This document shows positions 54,120 through 63,998 of a stretch of 64,000 nucleotides of DNA, one piece after another (the first letter of the stretch is position 1; each line of letters opens with the position of its first letter). This stretch comes from a virus, in the IMG/VR virus record IMGVR_UViG_3300035703_000045, positions 29,045-93,044 of that record. One strand, 5' to 3'. The notes beneath the pieces were generated by a model. The model did no database searches and was not told the origin of the DNA. It worked only from the letters and a program-made list of their open reading frames with translations. Position numbers and translations under genes: made by a program.

Positions 54120-55682
54120 TTATCTGAAGAATGGGTTATCAGATACGGTTACCATTGGCATTGTATCAGCAACTGATAGGGCGCATGCGATGGCGAGGGA
54201 GTCTGGGTAGTCATCAAATGCCCCCTTTTCGTCGGGGGCTTCGGCTAGTAGGTAGGGTCCACGGTAGACCTTTTCCAAGTCCAACATTTGTTGATTAAAC
54301 CGCTTCCAAGAACGAGTTCTACGGGCTTTGGAATGCCCCGGAATAACCAATTGTCCTCTTTGCATTAACTCTGTTAAATGCACCCAGCGGTCGTTCTGGT
54401 TCTTGGCATCTGAGGTAACGGGCATAACTTCTATATGAGGCAAAAGCACCTGTAGACGTTCCGCTACGGCTCCACCAACACCTTGAGCATCCACACCAAT
54501 ACGATATATATCGTAATTGCGTAAAAAGTCAATGATCTCAAAGTACTGGGATTCCCATTCCTCATTGTTGATTTCTAGCCAATTAAGTACACGATGTTCG
54601 TAGAAGCCAAATGGGTCTGGGTGATCCCAATCCACCCACACGATGGTCACCACTGTTGAGTCGTTAGAACGAGCCACGTCAATACCAGCAACAACTGGAG
54701 TTCTCCACCATTGTTTAATGAGTCCCATACTGGGGTCGTACAAAGAGGACAGACGGTCGTCTGTCACGAACATTCCCTTTTCCAGAATCCACTTATTACA
54801 GTAAGACATCTGGAACTCATCTGAGTCTTCACCAATTCGTACCTTTTCTTTGGCGATGAACTTGGCGTAGTTATCATTGTATTTAGCCGCTATACGCCAG
54901 TCGTACTCAAAGTGTGATTGTCTATGACCACGACGACCGTTTACGTCACGTCGTTTATTGAATTGGATCATCTTGTAGAAATACGACTTATTGCGGGTGG
55001 CAGTTCCGGTTAGAGCAATACTTCCGTTGTTGAACGCCAACATTGGCTTGATGGACTTTGAAATCATGAACTCATCGGCTTCCTGAGCCTCGTCAATCAT
55101 TACAAAGTGGTATGTCTTTGATTCAATCTTTGCCTTTGGGTTACATGTCTGCATACGACAAAGTGACCCTGAGTTTTTCAAAGCAATGATCTTGCCCTTA
55201 CCACGGGAACCACCAGAAGCCGCCTTGTCGTCAATCTCGGGGTCAAGGAGGAAATCCATGGCGTGGTCACTAGTAAGTTTAGAAACGACACGACTAAACA
55301 CCGTGTCTGCCTGATCCTCTGTGGGAGCAAATACGCCAACCCAGAATCCCTTTTCAAACTTTCCAAGCCAAGTTGGGTAAACCTTTGACAGTTTTGGAAG
55401 AATAACCATTAGGGAAGCAATTACGTTTGACAACACTTCCGATTTACCAGACTGACGAGTTGCAACAACAGTCAGTTCTTCACCGTCTCCAAGAACTATG
55501 GATTGTATAAGGCGGTGTGCGATAGGTACCTGATATGGGAACAACTCAACGTCACAGAATTCCTCAAGGAAAACAATCAGTTTTAGTACGAGTTGCTCAA
55601 TGAATTCTGAGGAAGTCTCATCTAGTTCTTCTACAAGGTCTTCCTCAAGAAGGTTTTCTTCTACGAGTTCTTCCATGGTCAA
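54120..55682 (-). CDS. terL: Terminase large subunit
   Basis: Walker A RQSGKS, Walker B MIDEAQ, nuclease GIDVAR..D and DD.PDS. Confidence 0.95.
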   Translation of the reverse strand: MTMEELVEENLLEEDLVEELDETSSEFIEQLVLKLIVFLEEFCDVELFPYQVPIAHRLIQSIVLGDGEELTVVATRQSGKSEVLSNVIASLMVILPKLSKVYPTWLGKFEKGFWVGVFAPTEDQADTVFSRVVSKLTSDHAMDFLLDPEIDDKAASGGSRGKGKIIALKNSGSLCRMQTCNPKAKIESKTYHFVMIDEAQEADEFMISKSIKPMLAFNNGSIALTGTATRNKSYFYKMIQFNKRRDVNGRRGHRQSHFEYDWRIAAKYNDNYAKFIAKEKVRIGEDSDEFQMSYCNKWILEKGMFVTDDRLSSLYDPSMGLIKQWWRTPVVAGIDVARSNDSTVVTIVWVDWDHPDPFGFYEHRVLNWLEINNEEWESQYFEIIDFLRNYDIYRIGVDAQGVGGAVAERLQVLLPHIEVMPVTSDAKNQNDRWVHLTELMQRGQLVIPGHSKARRTRSWKRFNQQMLDLEKVYRGPYLLAEAPDEKGAFDDYPDSLAIACALSVADTMPMVTVSDNPFFR

Positions 55683-55918
55683 CTCTTGCGACTTTGTATC
55701 TCATCCCAAAGAGCAGAGAGAACATCTACATGTTGTGTTACTTCCGTGGATTCACCACCTTGGTAACGCCACCTATCAAATGCGTTACCCATTGTCATTA
55801 TTGTGGTGTCCATCCAATTGATTAAGGACGGAGTATCCATTCGGTGGATACGATCAATGTTGTGGGGTTTGTTAGTAGCACGGTCTTCTTTTGAACGCAT
55901 GAATAACTTCATTTCCAC
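55679..55918 (-). CDS. Hypothetical protein
   Basis: ORF overlapping the terL start. Confidence 0.55.
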   Translation of the reverse strand: MEMKLFMRSKEDRATNKPHNIDRIHRMDTPSLINWMDTTIMTMGNAFDRWRYQGGESTEVTQHVDVLSALWDEIQSRKS

Positions 55919-56262
55919 TCCCTAATTTCTTTAACAGGTGTTGTCAACTGATGACCCTTTAGGGCGTACAGCAATCCGCTGTGATCATCATCAGAAACAG
56001 TTTGGTTTGCCTTCTTACAAAGACCTAGTTGGAATATGTATTTATTACATCTAACTTGTAAACCTTTTCCAGTTCGCCATGGGGAACTTGTTTGACGCAT
56101 GAATCCGATGCTAAGGATACTATCTTTTTTCTTACCGGAGTCACGGAGAATCCAATACACAGGACCAAATGTCCAAAGTGAATTAATGTGGCGATATCCA
56201 GTTACAATTGTGACTAAAGTCACAAAGCCTGTGGATAACATTGTCGCCAATACTAGTATCAT
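55909..56262 (-). CDS. Hypothetical protein with hydrophobic N-terminus
   Basis: ORF tiled in operon. Confidence 0.5.
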   Translation of the reverse strand: MILVLATMLSTGFVTLVTIVTGYRHINSLWTFGPVYWILRDSGKKKDSILSIGFMRQTSSPWRTGKGLQVRCNKYIFQLGLCKKANQTVSDDDHSGLLYALKGHQLTTPVKEIREWK

Positions 56263-56834
56263 ATGCCTGCTACTCCTGCTCCATATGGGAATCCATCCGT
56301 GTTTTGATACCCATATGCCTCTAGCATATGAGTAACCGCACGTCCTTTTGAATAGTACTCTCTGAACACTCGGTACACAGACATTGGAATAAATTCTGTG
56401 GTGCCATAAACGTACAGGGTTCTTGGTCTTTGGAACCTAACAAAGACGTACCCGTAGGGGCCATGCTCATAGTCCGATATCGGGGTGTTACCGTACTTTG
56501 CGTTACTTACCGTAAACTCACCAGTAGTGGGTTGGTAGTTATCCGTCATTCCTTTATTCTTTACAACAAAAGGAACACCTTGGTCATCCACGGGGATAAA
56601 ACTGTGAGCCGCCACTCTAGTGCTTAATTGTGGGCCTTGGTAGTACTGGTCAGCCTTACCAACAAAATACGGGCCAATGTCATGCCCAGATGGGATATAA
56701 ATATCCGCACCTTTTTGCTTTACAAATGTGGTTGGATCTTCTGGTGGGGCAGGTCTTAGGTCGGTGCCTACCTGCTCCATCAATTCTCGTATACGGTGAA
56801 GACCTTCGTCTCCCATACCTCTTCGTTTAGCCAT
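56259..56834 (-). CDS. Hypothetical protein with KTSC-like C-terminus
   Basis: FVRF....LYVY.....P..VY..F....SKGR.V. Confidence 0.55.
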   Translation of the reverse strand: MAKRRGMGDEGLHRIRELMEQVGTDLRPAPPEDPTTFVKQKGADIYIPSGHDIGPYFVGKADQYYQGPQLSTRVAAHSFIPVDDQGVPFVVKNKGMTDNYQPTTGEFTVSNAKYGNTPISDYEHGPYGYVFVRFQRPRTLYVYGTTEFIPMSVYRVFREYYSKGRAVTHMLEAYGYQNTDGFPYGAGVAGI

Positions 56835-56842
56835 GTTGAGTC

Positions 56843-58255
56843 CTAACTATATGTTGTGGCAGTGCACTCAATACCAGTCAAAACTAGGTCATCTGCAAGC
56901 CAGTAGTCACCACTAGTGCTTAACGCACACCCGGAGGTCATTCCTTTGCCTGCCACAGCCCCAATGTAGAATCTGTACGAGTTAAGAATAGAACCACCAG
57001 TGGAAGTTGTTACAGTTCTTGTTGAGTAGGAAGCACTAAAGTTTCCTCCCGGCACGGCATCTTCTTGCAAAACCCCAAAGATATTTCCACCCGATTTTGG
57101 ATAGTAATAACGCACGTTTGAAGAGTTAGACAAAGCATTTCGGTCAAATGTTTGACCGACTGAGTAATCAGGTGTACCTACGGCAGGTTTACGACCTGAT
57201 ACAAAACGTGTAGACATTGAATCAACCCGAATGTACCCAGCAGTCCCCGGTGTGTCAGCCACTCCAGAGAATTGGTATGAGAAGCGAACAGGGTCGCATC
57301 CTGAAGGTGCTGTTGAAGTGTTAATAATAACAGTTTCTGAAGAAGTACCATACCAAGTTCGTGGTGCCTCAGCAATGCCTGTGGTCATATATCTGTAGTT
57401 AGACGTACCAGATGTACCACCAGTATTTCGTGCACGGACAAAGAAGTTATATGATGTGTTTTCTACAACAGGAACATCATAGGATGTTGTTCCTGAACCA
57501 ACCGTTGCAAACAACGATCCATTTGCGTAGATATCGTAGTTGTAAGCGTAAGTTACGCTGTTCCAACTAAGTCGTGCGAAACTGCGTTCGCTTGCACTTT
57601 GTGAGTAGAACGATAATGTTGGAGTTTCAGGGGTCGGAGGTCTTGGAGTTTGAGAACTCCCAGACGATGCTGATGAACGGTCCCCTGCTGTTGTAACTGT
57701 CCGTACATATACTGTGTATGTTGTGTCGTTTGTTAGACCAGTAATTGCGTACGGTGAAGATGTTCCAGCACTAGACCATGTTGACCCGTTGAGGCTGTAT
57801 TCGTACGAGGCGTTTGCGTCTGTTCCCTGTGGGGCAGAGAACGAAACGGTGAGTTGTTGGTTACCAGAAGAAACTCCAGTAATAGTAGGTGCCACTGGGA
57901 TGGCTACTGGACGTGCTGACGCACTAGACGACCCATCTGATGATCCAATTGAGTTAACCGCCCTTAGTTTGACACTATAGGTGGTACCGTTTGTGAGACC
58001 AGTGATGTTCAATGGTGAAGCGGTTGTACCTACTAAACGGTTTGACCAAGTAGCCCCGTTGTCAATTGAATATTGATAGGTGGTCGTAGGGCTTGTACCC
58101 TCTGACCCAGCAGTAAAAAACACATCAACGGTTGTACCGGTTGTTCCATTGATAGCGTTAGAAATAGACGTAATGGTAGGAGCACCCGGTCTGATACCAC
58201 TACCAAGGCCCAGTGATCGTGAAGACCCTGCTGAGAAACTGGATATTAAAGGCAT
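56843..58255 (-). CDS. Fibronectin type III repeat virion protein
   Basis: Three FN3-like units (P.APTIT...YQYS.D.G.TW...ITGLTNGTTY.V..RAVN..G). Confidence 0.85.
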   Translation of the reverse strand: MPLISSFSAGSSRSLGLGSGIRPGAPTITSISNAINGTTGTTVDVFFTAGSEGTSPTTTYQYSIDNGATWSNRLVGTTASPLNITGLTNGTTYSVKLRAVNSIGSSDGSSSASARPVAIPVAPTITGVSSGNQQLTVSFSAPQGTDANASYEYSLNGSTWSSAGTSSPYAITGLTNDTTYTVYVRTVTTAGDRSSASSGSSQTPRPPTPETPTLSFYSQSASERSFARLSWNSVTYAYNYDIYANGSLFATVGSGTTSYDVPVVENTSYNFFVRARNTGGTSGTSNYRYMTTGIAEAPRTWYGTSSETVIINTSTAPSGCDPVRFSYQFSGVADTPGTAGYIRVDSMSTRFVSGRKPAVGTPDYSVGQTFDRNALSNSSNVRYYYPKSGGNIFGVLQEDAVPGGNFSASYSTRTVTTSTGGSILNSYRFYIGAVAGKGMTSGCALSTSGDYWLADDLVLTGIECTATTYS

Positions 58256-59163
58256 TACGCAAATTTAGTCTGTGAAGCAAACACCGTGTAAGTAGCAGGT
58301 GCGGTCTTGACAATTGTGTATGCGTACACGTCAATACTGTTAGCGTTACCAGCAGAAGGTGCAGTTCCACCCTGCCACTTCGGGGTAACTGATGATCCGT
58401 CAATTTGGAAAGCAGTTGGCCTGTAAGCCGTTCCTCCGTTTGTAACGGCAACTACGACGGTCATGCTCTGTCCATTAGACATAACGCTGTTTAATGTGTT
58501 AGAGCCATCTCCACGAACATTTAAAGTCCAGTTATTTGCAGAGTTTGATGTGTATAACCATGCACCGGAGGTGTTTGCGTCAATGTTGGTGGTTGACGAT
58601 GGTGCTCCAGCAACAACATTCCATACCTCTATGGGAGACGTAAGGACTCCCTTTGATATGGCTGGAGAACTAAAAGTACCGCTGGTAACGCTAGGGGATG
58701 ATACAACTGGATTGGTGAGAGTCTTATTAGTAAGGGTCTCTGAACCGGTTAGAGTAACTGGTGGCAACGCCCACTCTAGACCAGTTGCCGTTGCGGAGTT
58801 TGCAGTTAGTACATAACCATTTGATCCGACTGCTAAAGCGGAAGGTACGTTATCCGCTGTTGCGGTGATAATGTCACCTTTATTATCTACAATAGCCCGT
58901 GCAATAGCACCGGAAGATGTAGTTGTGTCTAGGGTTAGTACTGCTGATCCTGCCGAGGCACTACCAGATAGTCCAGAACCACCGGTAACAGATGTAATAG
59001 TTCCGGTAGCGTAATAGGCTAAAGCAGACCAACTAAGTGAGCCATCCCCTATTTTGAACTGACGTGTATCAGTTTCAAAACCTGCCTCACCAGCGGAAAG
59101 AGTGGGGTTAGCACTAGTCCATTCACTAGCGGTACCACGTCTTAGTTGAATTTTTACTGCCAT
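58255..59163 (-). CDS. Tail fibre/adaptor protein with Mtd N-terminal domain
   Basis: IQLRRGTASEW...NP.L..GE.GFETDT..FKIGDG...W..L.Y. Confidence 0.85.
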   Translation of the reverse strand: MAVKIQLRRGTASEWTSANPTLSAGEAGFETDTRQFKIGDGSLSWSALAYYATGTITSVTGGSGLSGSASAGSAVLTLDTTTSSGAIARAIVDNKGDIITATADNVPSALAVGSNGYVLTANSATATGLEWALPPVTLTGSETLTNKTLTNPVVSSPSVTSGTFSSPAISKGVLTSPIEVWNVVAGAPSSTTNIDANTSGAWLYTSNSANNWTLNVRGDGSNTLNSVMSNGQSMTVVVAVTNGGTAYRPTAFQIDGSSVTPKWQGGTAPSAGNANSIDVYAYTIVKTAPATYTVFASQTKFA

Positions 59164-59176
59164 TTAAGGCTCCTTG

Positions 59177-59989
59177 TCAGCCGAACATCTTCTTCCATGT
59201 TACAGGACCAACGATGCCGTCTGCCTTTAGGCCATTAGCCGCCTGCCAAGCCTTGAGGGCTTCAGTGCTCTTTGGACCAAAATCACCATCTGGAGTAGCC
59301 CCAATAATGGCTTGAACCAACTTAGCGGCATCACCCTTAGACCCTTGTTGTACAGGAGTGCCGGGGTAGTCAAACTTTAAACCGCCCGATGCTGGAGCAG
59401 ATGCGGGGGCTGAAGCAACAGGAGCAACTTGTGCCGAACCATCTGGGGTCTTATCACCAAGGCAATACTGCCAGTGCCAAGCCTCAAATTCTTTTGATTG
59501 ACGGTTATCGGTCTGAAGGTAGAACCCGTACTTGGGGGCATTGGCGCACATCCAATCAAAGCAGGCACCACCCATCCCAGTAAGTTTACCACCTACATCA
59601 TAACCAAGGTCAATCGCAAGACCCCACCCGTGGTTAGAACCTTTAACGCCAGTCGGATCTGGAGCGGCTGAAGGAGCCTTACCCGGCTTCAAGTACCACG
59701 TCTTGCCCTCATACTGACGGGTGACCTGAGGACTACGACCCTGATCGGTGGTGGTGTAGCGGTCCATGAACATCTTTAACTGGTCTTCAAAACCACGATA
59801 GTCACCGACGTTCTTCAGTTTAAAACCAGCCGCAAGAGCGGCATCGTACATCTTATTAAACTGCTCGGCTACCGGAGCATACATACGACCACCGGTCTTA
59901 ACAGGTGCAAGAACATTTGCAGGTAACTGCCCATTCTTAAACTGCTTTAGTGCAGTTGGTACAACTAACTTAATGTAGGGCAGGTTCAT
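59177..59989 (-). CDS. Endolysin: M15 (VanY-like) Zn peptidase plus peptidoglycan-binding domain
   Basis: YR.FE.Q, SNHGWGLAID, EAWHWQY; C-terminal DGDFGPKST..LKAWQ..NGL.ADGIVGP.TW. Confidence 0.9.
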   Translation of the reverse strand: MNLPYIKLVVPTALKQFKNGQLPANVLAPVKTGGRMYAPVAEQFNKMYDAALAAGFKLKNVGDYRGFEDQLKMFMDRYTTTDQGRSPQVTRQYEGKTWYLKPGKAPSAAPDPTGVKGSNHGWGLAIDLGYDVGGKLTGMGGACFDWMCANAPKYGFYLQTDNRQSKEFEAWHWQYCLGDKTPDGSAQVAPVASAPASAPASGGLKFDYPGTPVQQGSKGDAAKLVQAIIGATPDGDFGPKSTEALKAWQAANGLKADGIVGPVTWKKMFG

Positions 59990-60138
59990 ACAGCCTCCTG
60001 TGGAGTTTTCTTGACAGCCTCAATTGTAGCCTCTAATACAGCGATACGCTGGGCCTGTTGAGCAATCTGATTAGATAGAGACTCAATTACTTTGTTTACG
60101 TCAATTGTAATTTCTGGTGTTTTTGCCTTACTGGACAT
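59986..60138 (-). CDS. Small coiled-coil protein, 50 aa (MSSKAKTPEITIDVNKVIESL...), not in ORF track
   Basis: Read manually; AGGAG RBS; ATGA overlap with the endolysin start. Confidence 0.6.
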   Translation of the reverse strand: MSSKAKTPEITIDVNKVIESLSNQIAQQAQRIAVLEATIEAVKKTPQEAV

Positions 60139-60850
60139 CATCGTCTCCTAAGTGGTCGTGGGGATGGTCATGGTCATGTGGATGGTCATGGTCTTGTATG
60201 GGTGTAGAAGGATCTCCTTGCGGAGGCTCCATATCTGTATTCACAATAAACGAAGAGATAATCCATTTATCGTTAGTTATTGGAACACAAGATTCGTGCA
60301 GATGAGTCCACACAGCAGGAAACAAAACGATACGTCCTGCTTTAGGTGTTACATGTACGTTATGCAACGGGAAGTTTGTTTCTCCACCGTATTCCACATC
60401 ATTTAAATACATGACTGACGCAAGAACCCTATTGTGAACACGAGAACCGGGGAATGAATCAACATGGGGGCGGTAATACCCGTAGTTCTTGTAATACCGT
60501 TGAACTTGAAATCCGGTGTCTGCTACGGATATCCAGTTGTCAAGATGACGATATTGCTGTTTGTAAATTGCTACAGCAGAAAGCAAGTTACTGGAGAAAT
60601 GGTCTTCAAGATCTCGCCATTCAATACCCCATTGAATATTTAAATCCCTAAAAGCAACTTCTGAAAAGTTCATATCTTCAGTTGTTTTAGTTCGCCAGTC
60701 AACACCTCCAAGTGTTTTACCAGCATGAGATCTATCCCATACAGTCTTAAGTCTATTAACTAACTCAGAACATTTGTCTGGATTTATTAGTCCATCAAAA
60801 ACCGTGATAAGGCCAGCACTACCCGCTGGTTGTTGAACTTCTATCTGCAT
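60128..60850 (-). CDS. 2OG-Fe(II) oxygenase (prolyl-4-hydroxylase-like) with His/Asp-rich tail
   Basis: QVQRY, HVD, R.L...MYLNDV..GGET.F, FP..WTH.H, KWI. Confidence 0.92.
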   Translation of the reverse strand: MQIEVQQPAGSAGLITVFDGLINPDKCSELVNRLKTVWDRSHAGKTLGGVDWRTKTTEDMNFSEVAFRDLNIQWGIEWRDLEDHFSSNLLSAVAIYKQQYRHLDNWISVADTGFQVQRYYKNYGYYRPHVDSFPGSRVHNRVLASVMYLNDVEYGGETNFPLHNVHVTPKAGRIVLFPAVWTHLHESCVPITNDKWIISSFIVNTDMEPPQGDPSTPIQDHDHPHDHDHPHDHLGDDDVQ

Positions 60851-61535
60851 CGTATTCTCCAATTGACCTAGTTGTAGAAATCTTTGTATACAGCCATTCA
60901 CTGAATTCATCGCTTAGTGGTGGTATTTGTGAAATGTCTGCCCTGTCCTGAGCGTTTGTGGAACCCGTCAAGAATTTACTTACCTTTTCTTCAGGAACCT
61001 CAGAAAGTAACCACTCTTTTATGTTTTCTGGTATCTGTAGAACTTCTACCATACCATGACTTACTTCAGCGATACGTTCTCTATTTCCTAACTCTGTGTA
61101 AGCAAAGTCCCACTCAAGGAGGAGCCGAAACACTTCTTGAAGAGTTCGTGCTGAATCGCTATGGGGTTCTTTAATAGTCCGTACTTCATCCTCTGGATCA
61201 AGCATTTCAAAGTACATAATATGCCCGTATGGTAGTGCCTCAATAACAGGAAATATTGCTGTTATTTTCCCAAATGCAATGTAATGGTGACCTGTAAGAG
61301 GGTACGGTTCTTCACTCTTTCCGCATGAACATTTATCACCAAGCCACGAATGGAACCCCTGTGGCCCCTTTCGTGAGGTTGCATCACAACGAGTTGATTC
61401 ACCGTCCGTTACTTGAATATTCCTAATAGGGACGTGTTGGGCAATACCAAATGTTCCTACGTCGTCCGTGTCTCCAACGATCTTTTCCCAGAACCCTATT
61501 GTCCCGTGTTCTTTTGTAAAATCACTTAGTTTCAT
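60819..61535 (-). CDS. Hypothetical protein
   Basis: ORF coupled to the fibre gene stop (TAATG). Confidence 0.65.
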   Translation of the reverse strand: MKLSDFTKEHGTIGFWEKIVGDTDDVGTFGIAQHVPIRNIQVTDGESTRCDATSRKGPQGFHSWLGDKCSCGKSEEPYPLTGHHYIAFGKITAIFPVIEALPYGHIMYFEMLDPEDEVRTIKEPHSDSARTLQEVFRLLLEWDFAYTELGNRERIAEVSHGMVEVLQIPENIKEWLLSEVPEEKVSKFLTGSTNAQDRADISQIPPLSDEFSEWLYTKISTTRSIGEYDADRSSTTSG

Positions 61536-63181
61536 TATGACACCCGGATAATAAACACAATATCTACTGAAGGCACAGTGTGGGTATGAGACGGTGTGGA
61601 TGAGTTTATGGTACTAGCGTTACCAGCAGTAAACGAGGAGTTAACACTTCCAGCAGTAAATGACGAGTTTACGTTTCCAGCAGTAAATGACGAGTTAATT
61701 GATGTTGCGCTTGGGTTACCAGTGGTACCGCTAACGGAGTGATAGTGCAGTTGGTCAGTTTCTGCGTTAGGTATTGATTGCGCCCCAGTTCGTTGACCAA
61801 ATAATGACCATGTATGACTGTGGTCTCCACCACCACCAGTGTTGTTGTTTGCACCAGAGTTTGGTTTAAAGTAACTGTGAGTGTGGTTACCAGAGTTGCT
61901 TGTTCCTACGCCTGCCGCAGACCAGAAGTGGTAGTGGTAGTTGCTTTCGTTTCCGCTGTTAGCACTAAATGAGTGAGTGTGTGACGTAGCATTACCGGCG
62001 GTAAATGATGAGTTTACGCTACCTGCGGTAAACGATGAGTTTACGTTACCGGCTGTAAAAGACGAGTTGACACCATGGGTGTGTACATCCACAGCCGAAG
62101 ACGAATTAGAAGTTATAGTTGTCGGAACTGTAGGGGTACCTGTTGTCAACCCCTTTGGAACTCGTGCTGAGAATGAGGGAAGTTTAAAGTGGGTGGACCC
62201 AGCACCACCTGAACCATTGGTCAACGCCCCATAACGAGTTCCAATAACAGCGTATAACGCTCCATATGACGCAATGGCAAGTTCTGCTCCGTCACAAATA
62301 GCCCACCCTGTGGGAGCAGAGGATCCTGCGTACATTTGTACAGCACCAACAGGTGAAAATCCTGAGTACGCTGTGTCTACTGATACTGTTGCAGTAGACC
62401 CTTCAGACGGGGTATGAGAGACACTAATACCTGTTCCTGATGAAACATCCGACATGTAATTTCCTACGGTGTCGGTACCCAGATTAATTGCGTCGTTTAC
62501 CCACAAAGTGCCGTTGTATTTTAAGAAGTCACCTGATGCAGGAGCATTTGTTACGAGGTCAACATCATGAATCTCGTCTAATTCATAGCCATTTTGTGTG
62601 GCTACATATATAATTCCGTTGTTAGTTGCCCTTACAACAACACCTACATACACCAGATGTTCTGGTGCGTATGGTTTAGTAGTGGTATAACCACCATTTT
62701 CACCAAGGTATAGTGTCTGACCAGCGGTGTAGCCACTACTCAAGTCCATACCAGTCACATAACCACGGGTTACCACTGGACCATTTGCCCCAGCGGCTAT
62801 TGCCTCCGCCACTACTCCTACGGTTTTAGCCGAGGTTGAGTCTCCGTCATTATCGGCTCTCTTAACGCTTGCATGGTTACCCACATTACCGTATAGATAT
62901 ACAACTTCACCAATTTGTAGGGTGGTTGATTCGGCGTTGTTTACAAGACTGACAGTTGTTGGATATTCATTTATCCATGTTGACCCATCATAAACAAGTG
63001 TTTGATATTGTTCAGCGGATGAAACCGTAACATCGGATAGGTCGTCTAACGCAAGAGACCCAGATCCGGGGGCGGCAGGGGCAAACTTTGATCCGTTGTA
63101 TGAAAGGACGTTACCGGTGGACGCACCAGTAGTATCAATTTCAACCCCCTTAATAAAGAGGGACTTTAAAAAGTTAGCCAT
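61535..63181 (-). CDS. Tail fibre with collar domain, seven HxH motifs and 9-aa repeats
   Basis: PVGAVQMYAG..AP.GW.ICDG collar; HTH/HYH/HSH x7; (V/I)NSSFTAG(N/S) x6. Confidence 0.85.
   Translation of the reverse strand: MANFLKSLFIKGVEIDTTGASTGNVLSYNGSKFAPAAPGSGSLALDDLSDVTVSSAEQYQTLVYDGSTWINEYPTTVSLVNNAESTTLQIGEVVYLYGNVGNHASVKRADNDGDSTSAKTVGVVAEAIAAGANGPVVTRGYVTGMDLSSGYTAGQTLYLGENGGYTTTKPYAPEHLVYVGVVVRATNNGIIYVATQNGYELDEIHDVDLVTNAPASGDFLKYNGTLWVNDAINLGTDTVGNYMSDVSSGTGISVSHTPSEGSTATVSVDTAYSGFSPVGAVQMYAGSSAPTGWAICDGAELAIASYGALYAVIGTRYGALTNGSGGAGSTHFKLPSFSARVPKGLTTGTPTVPTTITSNSSSAVDVHTHGVNSSFTAGNVNSSFTAGSVNSSFTAGNATSHTHSFSANSGNESNYHYHFWSAAGVGTSNSGNHTHSYFKPNSGANNNTGGGGDHSHTWSLFGQRTGAQSIPNAETDQLHYHSVSGTTGNPSATSINSSFTAGNVNSSFTAGSVNSSFTAGNASTINSSTPSHTHTVPSVDIVFIIRVS
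61619..61699. repeat. 27-bp x3 coding tandem repeat (distal block)
   Basis: Encodes INSSFTAGN-VNSSFTAGS-VNSSFTAGN. Confidence 0.85.
61991..62071. repeat. 27-bp x3 coding tandem repeat (proximal block)
   Basis: Encodes VNSSFTAGN-VNSSFTAGS-VNSSFTAGN. Confidence 0.85.
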
Positions 63182-63203
63182 ACGGCTCCTTTAGAACGAC
63201 TTA

Positions 63204-63998
63204 TTAAGCAAGTATAACAACACGGTACTGGTTTGAAGTAGGTGCTGTTGCAAAAGATAGAGTTGTAGTTGTGCTTGTGTTAACAATATCAGCGTAAACG
63301 ACCTCGCCAGTTGACACTTCATAAACAGAGACAACAAGATCAGCAGTTGCTAGACCGTGTGTGATTGCATATGAAGTAGCACTTGTGCTGAGTGTTTCTG
63401 AGTGCTTCTTCTTTGACCACTGTGGTGCTGAACCGCTTGAGGTTAGTACATAGTCCGAAGTACCAATACCAAGGGTAGTCGTGGTAGAAGACCCACTTTG
63501 ATATACCAGCGATCCTGCGGCACCACCAGTTACGTTGGTAGCAGTAGTGGCAGTTGAGGCGTTACCAGTGTACTGAGAAGCCGAAAGAACTTGGGTACCA
63601 GCAATCTTAAGAACCTTGCCTGAAGCCAAATCAAGGTTTTCAGATAGGGTCCATGAAGACGTACTATTAGTGTATAGAATAGTCTTGTCTGTGGTTCCCT
63701 TAAGTGTGATACCGCCACCATCAGCACCTGCATCTGAAGGTGTATACACCCCAGTTGCTGTGCCGAGTTCAATGTTCTTGTCGTCAACAGTCAGAGTTGT
63801 ACTGTTGATTGTTGTAGTTGTGCCATTTACAACTAGGTCACCGTTAATAGTTGTAGTGCTGTTTGAGGCACCTATGTTAACGGCAGTAGCCGCACCAGCG
63901 AAGTTAACAGTGGTAGCGGTGGTATTGACTAGATCAAACGAGGTAGAAGCAGTTGTGATGCTAGTACTAATGGCTGGTGAGATGCTAAAGACCGCCTT
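63204..63998 (-). CDS. Tail fibre-like Thr/Ser-rich protein (5' end outside the window)
   Basis: Frame open to the window edge; GDLVVNGTTTTINSTTLTVDDKNIELG...ADGGGITLKG. Confidence 0.8.
   Translation of the reverse strand, partial: KAVFSISPAISTSITTASTSFDLVNTTATTVNFAGAATAVNIGASNSTTTINGDLVVNGTTTTINSTTLTVDDKNIELGTATGVYTPSDAGADGGGITLKGTTDKTILYTNSTSSWTLSENLDLASGKVLKIAGTQVLSASQYTGNASTATTATNVTGGAAGSLVYQSGSSTTTTLGIGTSDYVLTSSGSAPQWSKKKHSETLSTSATSYAITHGLATADLVVSVYEVSTGEVVYADIVNTSTTTTLSFATAPTSNQYRVVILA

Noticed and set aside
58255-59163. Mtd N-terminal domain as a sign of a diversity-generating retroelement
   Set aside because: No reverse transcriptase and no template/variable repeat pair differing at adenines is visible in the window.
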